Shown in pieces: positions 12,046 to 23,600 of a stretch of 64,000 nt of DNA. This stretch comes from Stegostoma tigrinum. Lineage: Eukaryota. The notes below the pieces were generated by a model that made no database searches, was not told the origin of the DNA, and saw only the letters and a program-made list of their open reading frames with translations. Location: positions 2,666,001 through 2,730,000 of the forward strand of contig NC_081394.1 of the NCBI RefSeq assembly GCF_030684315.1, written 5' to 3'. Both the position numbers and the translations under genes were made by a program. Each line of letters opens with the position of its first letter. Positions within the stretch are counted from its first letter, which is position 1.

Positions 12046-13469
12046 GTCAACAGCATCAGTTAATGACTAGCAGTTAACTGTAAATCTATGTTGATTAATC
12101 CTGAGTGCACAAGAAACAGATGGACAATCAGATTGCCAATTGGGCTTGAAGCTACAGGTATTAAGAGTTGAGGAACTGTTCTTTGCTGATGGAAAAGGCC
12201 AAAGGTATACACACTTCACCTGTTTCAACTCCACAAACAGGTTCCTCATTGCTGGTTCATTTCTCAGCAGTCCGAGTTCCTCCGAACTCCTCTCATAGCT
12301 AATGCCCTCCATACCAGGCAACATCCTGGTAAATCTTTTCTGTACCCTCTCCAAAGCCTCCACATCCTTCTGGTACCGTGGTGACCAGAATTGAACACAA
12401 CATTCCAAGTTCAGCCTAACTAAGGTACTGCAAATCTTCAACATTACCCGCCAATTTTAAAACTTTCATACCCCGGCCGATGGCTTCGTTTCAACTCGTC
12501 AAGCCATTCCTCATTGCTGGTTCATTTCTCAGCAGCACCTTGGGCAAGCAGAAACAAGCTGCTTCGTATCAAATGTGAACATGGCTCAGCATTTAACTGT
12601 CAGTCACCATCCACTGCTGCATTTACCAAAGCCATGCCTGTCCAAATCAACTCTCCCACCTCACTGTAAAAATGTTCCTTCCACCTTGTTATTTCTTGCA
12701 ATTTGAATGCTATCCTTCAGGGTATGAAGTCGGGCTTCCCCACCCCAGACCTACAAGTGACTCCAGGCTCACAGCAATATGGTTGCCTCTCCAACACCTC
12801 CTGGAATGGCCCAGAAAGCCCCTCAATTATACCATTTGCTAAAAAAAAGGCCGCAAAGAAATGAAACAAAACCATCAGCCCAGGCATTAAGTTTAAAAAT
12901 TGGCAGGTAATGCTGAAGCTTTGTAGAACCTTAGTTAGGCTGCATTTGAAACATTGGGTTCAATTCTGGTCACAACACCAAAGGTTCAGAGATTTCCTGC
13001 CTCAGCTCCACCCTCCAGGCACTGCATTCCAAAGCGCCCACCCTCTGGATGAAAATGTTCTTCCTCAAATCCCCTCAAAACCACCTGCCCTTCACTTTAA
13101 AATGATGCTCCCCTTGCCATTCACCTGATGACTAAGGGTCCCACCCACCCAGTCCATGCCCCTCCTAATCTGAGACCTCTCTATCAGGTTCCCACCCCTC
13201 CAACCTTCCCTGCTCCAAAGAAAACGACCCGAGTTGACCCAGACTCTATTCATCGCTAATCTCCTCCATCGCAGGGCAACATTCCTGGTGAATCTCCCTC
13301 TGCACTGCCCCCACCTCCCAGTACAATCACATCTTTCCTATTCATTTACCTGTCCAGAAGCCTTTTAAATGCTGTAACTGTACCAGCCCCCACCACTTCC
13401 TCTGGAAGCTCATTCCATACACGCACCACCCTCTGTGTGAAAAACAAATGCCCCTTAAGCCCTTTTGGG

Positions 13470-14200
13470 GAGAGAATTCAGAAGTCTGAAGCGCATGGAG
13501 ACTTGGGAGTTCTATCCAACATTCTCTCAAGGCAAACTTGCAGGTTGAGTCAGTATTCAGGAAGGTAAATGCAATGTTGGCATTTGTTTTGAGAGGACTT
13601 GAATATAAAAGCGGGGATATACTGCTGAGGCTTTATAAGGCTCTGGTCAGGCCTCATTTGGAGTATTACATGCAGTTTTGGACCCCATATCTCAGGAAGG
13701 ATGTATTGGCCCTGGAGCGGGCACAGAGGAGGTTCATGAGAATGGTCTCAGGAATGGAAAAGTTAACATAGGAGGAAGGTTTGAGGGCTCTGGGACTATA
13801 TTCATTGGAGTTTAGAAGGATGAGGGGGGATCTAGTTGAAGCTTACAGAATACTGAATGGCCTGGGCAGAGTGGATGTTGGGAAGATGTTTCCATTGGTA
13901 GGAGAGACTAGGACCTAAGGGCACATCCTTAGAGTAAAGGGAAGACCCTTTAGAATGGAGATAAGGAGAAGCTTCTTCAGCCAGAGAGTGGTGAATCTAT
14001 GGAATTCACTGCCACAGAAGGCCGTGAAGACCAGGTCATTGAGTACATTTAAGACTGAGACAGATAGGTTCTTGATTATCAAGAGGATCAAGGGAGAAAG
14101 CGGAAGAATGAGATTGAGGAACTTATCAGGCATGAATAAATGGCAGAAAAGACTCGATGGGCCGAATGGGCTAATTTCTGCTCTATGGTCTTATGGCTTA
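13470..14200 (+). mobile_element. CR1 LINE 3' fragment
   Basis: [27 protein letters not shown]; FFSQRVVNLWNSLP. Confidence 0.88.
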
Positions 14201-14204
14201 TTTT

Positions 14205-14590
14205 TAATTCTTTCCCCTCTCACCTTAAACCTGCGCTCCTCTGGTTTTGGACTCCCCTATCCTGGGCGAAAAGGCCTTGTCTATTCACCCTATCTATGCC
14301 CCTCATGATTTTATAAACCTCTATAAGGTCACCCCTCAGCCCCCGACGCTCCAGGGAAAATAGCCCCAGCCTATCCAGCCCCTCCCTGTAGCTCAAACCC
14401 TCCGACTCTGGGAACATCCCTGTAAATCTTTTCTGAGCCCTTTCAAGTTTCACACCATCCTTCCTGTAGCAGGGAGACCGGGATTGAACACAGTATTCCA
14501 AAAGTGGTCCTGACCACTCTCCAAAGTGCACCACATTGCATTTATTGGCGTTTAACTTCAGATGCTGACTGATCAGATTAATTTTGGCAA
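14205..14590 (-). mobile_element. CR1 LINE fragment with internal deletion
   Basis: KCNVVHFG fused directly to PLLEYCVQ..LERAQKRFT. Confidence 0.8.
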
Positions 14591-14659
14591 CTGAATGGGA
14601 GTGGCCTTTAAGACAAGACAAATTGTATTCCTGGTTCCAAGTGTAACAACTGCCGTGCC

Positions 14660-14837
14660 GAATTTTAAAATGAGGAACCTCTCACGCTCATCAACAGATA
14701 TTTCAAGTAACTTCCGCCTCCCCACAAAAATACACAGGAGATAAATGACCTGTTAGAAGAGGAACGGTTTGCTTGCTCAGTAAGCGACTGTTTTAATTTC
14801 TGGACTGCCACTTGATTCTATTTTACAAAGGAAGAAG
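14660..14837 (+). promoter_or_regulatory. Putative TATA-less promoter/5'UTR of the + gene with ETS/PU.1-like boxes
   Basis: Unique sequence between repeats with AAAATGAGGAAC (14667), ACTTCCG (14710) and AGAAGAGGAAC (14755); motif match only. Confidence 0.3.
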
Positions 14838-14907
14838 ATGAAGAGACCTCAGTGCAAAATGCTGTTAATTATTTGGACCTTCACTGCATGCATCACTCTA
14901 CTGTCTG
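14838..14907 (+). CDS. Exon 1 of + gene: signal peptide [23 protein letters not shown]
   Basis: aagATG start, basic N-region and hydrophobic core, phase-1 donor G|gtacgt compatible with the V exon; not in the ORF track. Confidence 0.8.
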
Positions 14908-17900
14908 GTACGTTTGTAGGTTTTATCATTCAGCCTTGTGTCTCCGGTGTTTTCTGTTAGATTTCAGCTTTCAAATCAAGCCTGTGCTACTTGTATCCTG
15001 TTGTAAAACACAGGCTAATTCTCTAAATCAATCATATAGTTCGGGCAGGTGATGTTCACATTTATTCCACATCTGCAGTGTGTGTGCACCCACAGTACTG
15101 TTAGGCGAGGAATTCCAGGACGTTGATGCTGGCAACATCCTTGTAAATCTTTTCTGAACCCTTTTAATTTTCACGATATCCTTGCTATAGCAGGGAGACC
15201 AGAAATGAACACCGTATGCCAAAGGTTGACTCCCCACTCTCCAGAGTGCATCACCCCACATTTTTCAGGGTTCAATTCCAGATACTGACTGCTCAGATTA
15301 ATTTTGAAGGAACAGCGATTTATTTCCAAGTCAGGATGGGGAGTGGAGGGGAAATTGCAGGGGCCTGGTGTTCCCATGTATCTGCCGCCCCTTGTCCCTC
15401 AGGATGGAAGTGATTGTGGGTTTGGAAGTTGGCCTGTAAGGAAGATTTCTGCAGCGCATCTTGTAGATGGTACACACTGCTGCAACTGAGTGTCGGCGCA
15501 GGAGGGAGTGTGGATGTGGGGCCGATCGAGCAGGGGCTGCTCTGATGGTGTCGAGCATCTTGAGTGTTGTTGGAGCCGTCCCATCCAGGGGCAAGTGGGG
15601 AGTATTCCATCGCACTCCTGACTTGTGCCTTGGAGATGGTGGGACAGGCTTTGGGGGGAGTCAGGACGGGAGTTACTCACTGCAGGATTCCCAATCTCTG
15701 ACCTGCTCTTATAACAAGTAACGTCACCATAGTCCAAGAGGGTCTTAGGGCTGCTGTTCCATTATAGAGCTGTGCCTGATAGTGGCATTAACCCAAGGAT
15801 ATGTTGAGAAGATAACACTTTTAGCTGGTGCTGGGCAACTACCTGCCATGGTAACCACATTATGCATATGGATGTCTAATCTTACCTTGCATCTAAAATC
15901 CCTCATTCCTCGGATCGTTCCAGGACCCATTTTCAATGGCAGGAGGTTCAGTAACCAGAGGGCTAGGGGAGAGAAAGAATCAGCAAGGAAAGCAAAGGGG
16001 TAGGGGTGGAGAAGAGGGAACGAGGTCTGTTTTTGACACAGTGAGCTGTTGCAATCTGCGATGCAATGCCTGACAGAGCTGAGGGAGAAGGTTCTAGAGA
16101 AGGTTTGAAAGTTGGGGAGCAGTTGGTGGAAACAGCCCAGGGCCATGAGGGGAAAGCAGGGTAGAACACTGAGCGATGCATGAGAAAAATATCCCCACGC
16201 TTTCAAATATTCTTCATAGATTGCTCATATCGCTGGGAAGCCCGGAGGTTGTAAAAGTGGCAGTTATCTCGTGAATATTTCACATTACGTTATAATTTCA
16301 GTGGCCGGGCCCCAGCTCCTCTCCACATGTGGTCTTATCTTCTCTTGTCTTTGCGAGATCTCTCCATGGTCATTCTAGAGCTGGCTCAACCATCCCAATG
16401 CAGGATTGGTTCTCCTCCAAGTGAAAAGGTGAGATGAATTTTGAAAGTTTTTCCTTTCGGACAGGACAGGAAATTTACCAAAGCCTCTTTGCCGTCAGCA
16501 GATTGTGAAGGGAAATGATTTATATTAAATTCTGAGGCATCACACGCCCCCACCAAAATATTGCTTCCTTACTGTTTAAATATAGGATTTAGAAATAGAG
16601 AAAATAGGAGCTTGAGTAGGCCATTCAGCCCTTCATGCCTGCTCTGCTACTCAATTGGATCACAACTGATTTCTCAACTCAGTCCCTGTTCCCCCGTATC
16701 CTATGATCCATTCAGCCCTACGAACTCGACCCAAACCTTGTTGTAGCCATTCAGTCTGGCCTCAGCCACCTTCTGTGGCAGAGAATCCTAGAAGCTCATG
16801 TCCATTTGCTCCCTACTGGGACAGTCTGGAGCCACAGTCTCGGAATATAGGGGCGCCAACTTCAGACTGAGATGAGGATGAATTTCTTCTCTCTGAGGAT
16901 TTTTTTTTGGAACACCGCGTCGCAGGGAGCTGCAATGGGAAGGAGTCCTTATGCATATTTAAGGGTGACATAGATTCCTTATCAGTCAGGGAAGTAAGGG
17001 TTACAGGGAAAGGACAGAATGAGGACATGAGGAATTTTGGATCAGCCATGACCTTGTGGAATATGGGAACAGGTCTGAGGGGCTGAATGGCCTAATCTCA
17101 TTCCAATTGCTTATGGTTCTATATGTCGAGGATTTTATGATTTGCTTGAACTCTCCATCTCCGATTCACTTTCAGCGTGTGTCTGCCTCCAATGTCTTTC
17201 CTAAATACAACATTTCCTGTTGTCTTTCGATAGTTACAACTTGTGTTGTTGGAGAAAGGGCCTTCCTTACAGCAATGGCTGGTACTGAGGTGCTGCTCCC
17301 ATGCTGGCCAACCGCAAACAACACAAATATAACGCAGTTTTCCTGGACAAAGGATGGTCAGGAGAAGCCTGTTGTTGTGTATAATCTGAAGTATGGGCCA
17401 TCAGTACCAAGTGAAAACTATTCTGGACGGATAGAGATGAGTAACCAACCTCTCCTGGATGGATCAATCCGAATAAAAGCTTTGAAAATACAGGACGAGG
17501 GAAATTACACGTGTGAGATAACACTATTCCCTCAGGGAGCAGAGAAAAAAGGAATCCATTTAACAATTCTAGGTATGTACCCAACCCGGGATCGGGATTT
17601 ATGTGGGNNNNNNNNNNNNNNNNNNNNNNNNNNNNNNNNNNNNNNNNNNNNNNNNNNNNNNNNNNNNNNNNNNNNNNNNNNNNNNNNNNNNNNNNNNNNN
17701 NNNNNNNNNNNNNNNNNNNNNNNNNNNNNNNNNNNNNNNNNNNNNNNNNNNNNNNNNNNNNNNNNNNNNNNNNNNNNNNNNNNNNNNNNNNNNNNNNNNN
17801 NNNNNNGTCTGAGTGAGTGTGTGTCTCTGTGCGCGTGTGTGTGTATTGGTGTGTGTGAGTGTGTGTGTGAGTGTCTTTGTGCATGTGTGTGTATGTGTCT

Positions 17901-18726
17901 GTGTGTGTGCGCGTATNNNNNNNNNNNNNNNNNNNNNNNNNNNNNNNNNNNNNNNNNNNNNNNNNNNNNNNNNNNNNNNNNNNNNNNNNNNNNNNNNNNN
18001 NNNNNNNNNNNNNNNNNNNNNNNNNNNNNNNNNNNNNNNNNNNNNNNNNNNNNNNNNNNNNNNNNNNNNNNNACGCATGTGTTAGTGTGTCTGTGTGTGT
18101 TTGTATGAGTGTATATGTGAAAGTGTGTGTGTATGTGTGTGTGTGTGTGCGTGTGTGTGTGTGTGTGCGTGCGTATGAGTGTCTGTGCGTATGTGTGAGT
18201 CTCTGTGTGTGTGCAAGTGCATGTGTTTGTGTGTGTGTGTGCGCGCACATGTGTGTGAGTGTGTGCGTGTGAGTGTGTGCGTGCACATGCATGTTTGTGC
18301 ATGTGGGTGACTATGCATGTGTGTTGCGCNNNNNNNNNNNNNNNNNNNNNNNNNNNNNNNNNNNNNNNNNNNNNNNNNNNNNNNNNNNNNNNNNNNNNNN
18401 NNNNNNNNNNNNNNNNNNNNNNNNNNNNNNNNNNNNNNNNNNNNNNNNNNNNNNNNNNNNNNNNNNNNNNNNNNNNNNNNNNNNNNNNNNNNNNNNNNNN
18501 NNNNNNNNNNNNNNNNNNNNNNNNNGTGTGTGAGCGTGTGGAGTGTTTGTGTGTGTGTGTATGAGTGTGTGTGTGTGTATGTGCTTGCACGTGTGTGTGG
18601 GCATGCGCTCGTGTGTGTGTGCGAATGTGTCTGTGGGTGTGTGTGTGCATGTGTAGTGGTGTGCGTAAGTGTGTGTGTGAGCAAGCATGTGAGTGTGTGT
18701 GTGAGAGTGTATGTGTGCTTGTGTTT

Positions 18727-18765
<39 letters not shown>

Positions 18766-20630
18766 CATGTGTTTGTGTGTGTGAAAGAGTGTGTGCGTGT
18801 GTGTGCGCGTCCCCACCTCCCTTACCTGTTCTTCCTCTCATCTATCCCCTCCTCCCACCTCAAGCCCCAGCCCCATTTCCTGCCTACTAACCTCATTAAC
18901 CACATCCCACCCCCTTGACCTGTCCGTCCTCCCTGACCTATCCCCTCCCTACCTCCCCACCTACACTCACCTCCACTGGTTCCATCCGCGCCTCTTTGAC
19001 CTGTCTGTCTCCTCTGTCCATCGTCTATCCGCCTCCTCCTCTCTCCCTATTTATTCCAGAATCCCCTTCCCCTGCCCCATTTCTGAAGAAGGGGCCTGGC
19101 CCGAAACGTCAGCTTTCCTGCTCCTCCGATGCTGCTTGGCCTGCTGTGTTCATCCAGCCCCACACCTTGTTATCTCAGATTCTCCAGCATCAGCAGTTCC
19201 CATTATCCCTAACCCAACGCAAACTCTATCTCTAGCTCTAACTCTAATAACACCAAAACCCTAACCCTAACCCGAACCCTAACCCTAACACTATNNNNNN
19301 NNNNNNNNNNNNNNNNNNNNNNNNNNNNNNNNNNNNNNNNNNNNNNNNNNNNNNNNNNNNNNNNNNNNNNNNNNNNNNNNNNNNNNNNNNNNNNNNNNNN
19401 NNNNNNNNNNNNNNNNNNNNNNNNNNNNNNNNNNNNNNNNNNNNNNNNNNNNNNNNNNNNNNNNNNNNNNNNNNNNNNNNNNNNNNNNNNNNNNNNNNNN
19501 NNNNNNNNNNNNNNNNNNNNNNNNNNNNNNNNNNNNNNNNNNNNNNNNNNNNNNNNNNNNNNNNNNNNNNNNNNNNNNNNNNNNNNNNNNNNNNNNNNNA
19601 CCCTAAACTTAACCATATCCCTGACCCTATTGCTAGCCCTAGCCCTAATCCTAAGCCTAATGTTAACCCTGACCCTAGCCCTGATCCAAACACCGACCCT
19701 GACCCTAGACTGAACACATCTCTAGGACCCTAACTCTAACTTATCCCAGACCCAAACAATAGATTGACCCTAACCCTCACCATGACACTGACCCTAACCT
19801 TGACTCTAACACTAAACCTAACCCTAAACCTAGACCTGACCTTAACCCTCACCATGAACCTAACCCTAGACCTGACCTTAACTCTCACCATGACCCTAAC
19901 CCTAGACCTGACCGGAACCATCTCCCTGACCCTAAACCAAACACTGACTATAACCCTGATCCTTTCCCTAACACTAACCCGACCCTAACTCTCACCTTAT
20001 CACAGGTTCCCCATCCCAACTACATCAGTATAATGACTGTCTGTCAGTGGAATCTCTGCCCCATAGAGTTAGACAGCACAACAGAGGCCCTTCAGCCCAT
20101 CATCCATCATCTGTCTACTCCCAGTGCCCTTTTCCCAGGAATTGCCTCATAACCTTATACCCTGTACCACTTCAAGCAATGGTCACTTTAGAACCTCATA
20201 CCCAAGCCCAGACCCATCTCATTCCCACACGCTGGCCTGCCTGTCCCATATAGAGTGACGAAGAGCAAATTGTATTTCACCGGGGACGAATGGCATGCCT
20301 CATCTGAAAGTACGTAACCTCTTTCAGTGACATTCTCGCTCATTCCTTCCTGCTCCTCACTGATCTCTTCCTGCATTCCCACTTTGCTCAAGTAAGGGCA
20401 GAAGAACTAGCAGCAGGGGTAGGCCATTCAGCCCCTCGCTCCTGCTCCAACATTGCAATGCGATCATGGCTTATCTCATCTCAGTCTTGACTCCTCACTC
20501 CTGCCCACCCTCCGTAATGCTTCTACTTGTTATTCATTAAAAGTCTGTCCATCTCCTCCTCCAATTTACTCAGTGTCCCTGTGTCTGCCACACTCTGGGG
20601 AGTGAGCACCCTTTGAGTGAAGTCATTTCC

Positions 20631-20683
<53 letters not shown>

Positions 20684-23600
20684 CGTGTTAAATCTGTCTT
20701 ATTCTAAAAATGATGATCTCTGTGTGTGTGTTGGGGTTTGGTGGGGAAGAAGTCGGGGAGGTGCTGGAGTTTAAGGTGAGAGGGGAAAGATTGAAAAGGG
20801 ACCTGAGGGGTAACTTTTTCACACAGAGGGTGGTGCGTGTTTAGGTCGAGTTGCCAGAGGAAGTGGTGGGGGCTGGTACAGTTACAGCATTTAAAAGGCA
20901 TCTGGATGGGTATGTGAATTAGGAGGGATATCAGCCAAACGCTGGCAAATGGGACTCAGTCTGATTAAGATGTCTACTCAGTGCAGATGAGTCGGAGCGA
21001 AGCCTGCGTTTCTGTGCTGCATGAATCTATGACACAGACCCAGGGAGAATGTGTAAGCTCCTCACAGACAGCCACCCGAGGCTGGGATTGAACCCGGTCT
21101 CCTGGCACAGCGCTAACCACTGAGCCACCATGCCAATGCAGCCGGCCGAAATGCTCTGTGAAGTGAGACTGAAATTGAACTCATTTCTCTTTTATCTCTG
21201 ACAGTGATTCCCACCAACGCAGCATCATCGATACCTGCCGAGGCTGGTCTCTCTGACGCTCCTGTGGCTCAGTGTACCTCGGCCTTCGGGAACCCAGCAG
21301 CTGAGATCACTTGGAAATCCAGTCTCCCGGGGAAGCACACCATGATCCATGTTGTAAACGACAACAATATGGTGACTGTCCACAGCAACTATACGATGAC
21401 CCCTCATCGTTCAAACAATGGGCAGACAGTGACATGTCAGGTCACTCACTCAGCAACAAGCAACAAGACTGAATATCCTGTACAGCTGTCCATCCTCTGT
21501 AAGTCTCATGTCCAACAACAGACTGTAGCTAAGAGGATGAGTATGAGAAGCCATTGATGTGGATCAATGCGATCGTAGATTCCCCAGTGTGAAAGCAGGC
21601 CACTTAGCCCATCATGAGCATCCCATCCAGACTCACCCCCCAACCTATCCCTGTTCCCCACATGTCCCCTGACTAACTCACCCAGCCTGCACATCCGTGG
21701 GCACTATGGGTAATTTAGCATGGCCAATCCACCCTAACCCGCACATCAAAGTAGGGCCTGGGTGAACACAGCAGGCCAAGCAGCATCTTCGGAGCACAAA
21801 AGCTGACATTTCGGGCCTAGACCCTACATCAGAGAAGAGGGATGGGGAGAGGGTTCTAAAATAAATAGGGAGAGAGGGGGAGGCGGACCGAAGAGGGAGA
21901 GAAAAGAAGATAGGTGGAGAGGAGAGTATAGGTGAGGAGGTGGGGAGGGGATAGGTCAGTCCGGGAGGACAGACAGGTCAAGGAGGTGGGACGAGGTTAG
22001 GAGTTAGGAAATGGAGGTGCAGCTTGAGGTGGGAGGAGGGGATAGGTGAGAGGAAGAAGAGGTTAGAGAGGCGGGGATGAGCTGGGCTGGTTTTGAGATG
22101 CAGTGGCAGAAGGGGAGATTTTGAAGCTGGTGAAGTCCACATTATACCATATGGCTGCAGGGTTCCCAAGCGGAATATGAGTTGCTGTTCCTGCAACCTT
22201 TGGGTGGCATCATTGTGGCACTGCAGGAGGCCCAGGATGGACATGTCATCAGAGGAATGGGAGGGGGAGTTGAAATGGTTTGCGACTGGGAGGTGCAGTT
22301 GTTTACTGTGAATCGAGCGTTGCTGTTCTGCAAAGCAGTCCCCAAGCCTCCGCTTGGCTTTCCCAATGTAGAGGAAGCCACAACGGATAAAGTTGACGCA
22401 GTATACCGCATTGGCAGATGTGCAGATAAACATCTGCTTGATGTGGAAAGCCTTCTTGGGGCCTGGGATGGGGTTGAAGGAGGAGGTGTGGGGGCAAGTG
22501 TAGCATTTCCTGCGGTTGCAGGGGAAGGTGCCGGGTGTGGTGGGGTTGGAGGGCAGTGTGGAGCGAAGAAGGGATTCACGGAGAGAGTGGTCTCTCCAGA
22601 AAGCAGACAGGGGTGGGGATGGAAAAATGTCTTGGGTGGTGGGGGCGGATTGTAAATGGCAGAAGTGTCGGAGGATGATGCGTTGTATCCGGAGGTTGGT
22701 GGGGTGGTGTGTGAGAATGAGGGGGATCCTCTTGAGGTTGTTATTGCGGGCGCGGGGTGTGAGGGATGTGTTGCGGGAAATGCGGGAGACGCGGTCAAGG
22801 GAGTTCTCAATTACTGAGGCGGGGGAATTGGGGTCCTTGAAGAACGCAGACATCTGGGATGTGCGGGAGTGGAATGCCTCATCCTGGGAGCAGATGCGGT
22901 GGAGGCGGAGGAATTGGGAATAGGGGATGGAATTTATGCAGGAGGGTGGGTGGGAGGAGGTGTATTCTAGGTAGCTGTGGGAGTCAGTGGGCTTGAAATG
23001 GACATCAGTTTGTAGGTTGTTGCCTGAGATGGAGACAGAGAGGTCCAGGAAGGTGAGGGATGTGTTGGCGATGGCCCAGGTGAACGTGAGGCGGGGTGGA
23101 AGGTGTTGGTGAAGTGAATGAACTGTTTGAGCTCCTCTGGGGGGCAAGAGGCGGCGCTGATACAGTCATCAATGTAACGGAGGAAGAGGTGGGGTTTGGG
23201 GCCTGTGTAGGTGCGGAAGAGGGAATGTTCCACGTAACCTACAAAGAGGCAGGCATAGCTGGGGCCCATGCGGGTACCCATGGCCACCCCCTTTGTCCGT
23301 AGGAAGTGGGAGGAATCGAAAAAGAAGTTGTTGAGGGTGAGGACCTTAACTGGCACATCCCTGGGCACTATGGGTAATTTAGCATGGCCAATCCACCCTA
23401 ACCTGCACATCCCTGGGCACTATGGGTAATTTAGCATGGCCAATCCACCCTAGCCTGCGCATCCCTGGTCACTATGGGTAATTTAGCATGGCCAATCCTC
23501 TCTAACCCGCCCATCCCTGGGCACTGTGGGTAATTTAGCACGGCCAATCCACCCTAACCTGCATTCTTTTGGACTGTGGGAGGGAACCCACACAGACATG

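Noticed and set aside
16358-16428. Possible extra exon between leader and V (donor AAG|gtgaga)
   Set aside because: Weak acceptor, and it would end in phase 0, incompatible with the phase-1 V exon
17056-18108. 350-aa ORF (and 183-aa ORF 299-850) as single-exon genes
   Set aside because: Only the 339-nt spliced V exon is coding; the flanks are intron, microsatellite and N
17532-18918. His/Thr- and Cys/Val-rich ORFs
   Set aside because: Translations of (CA)n/(TG)n microsatellite and N-runs
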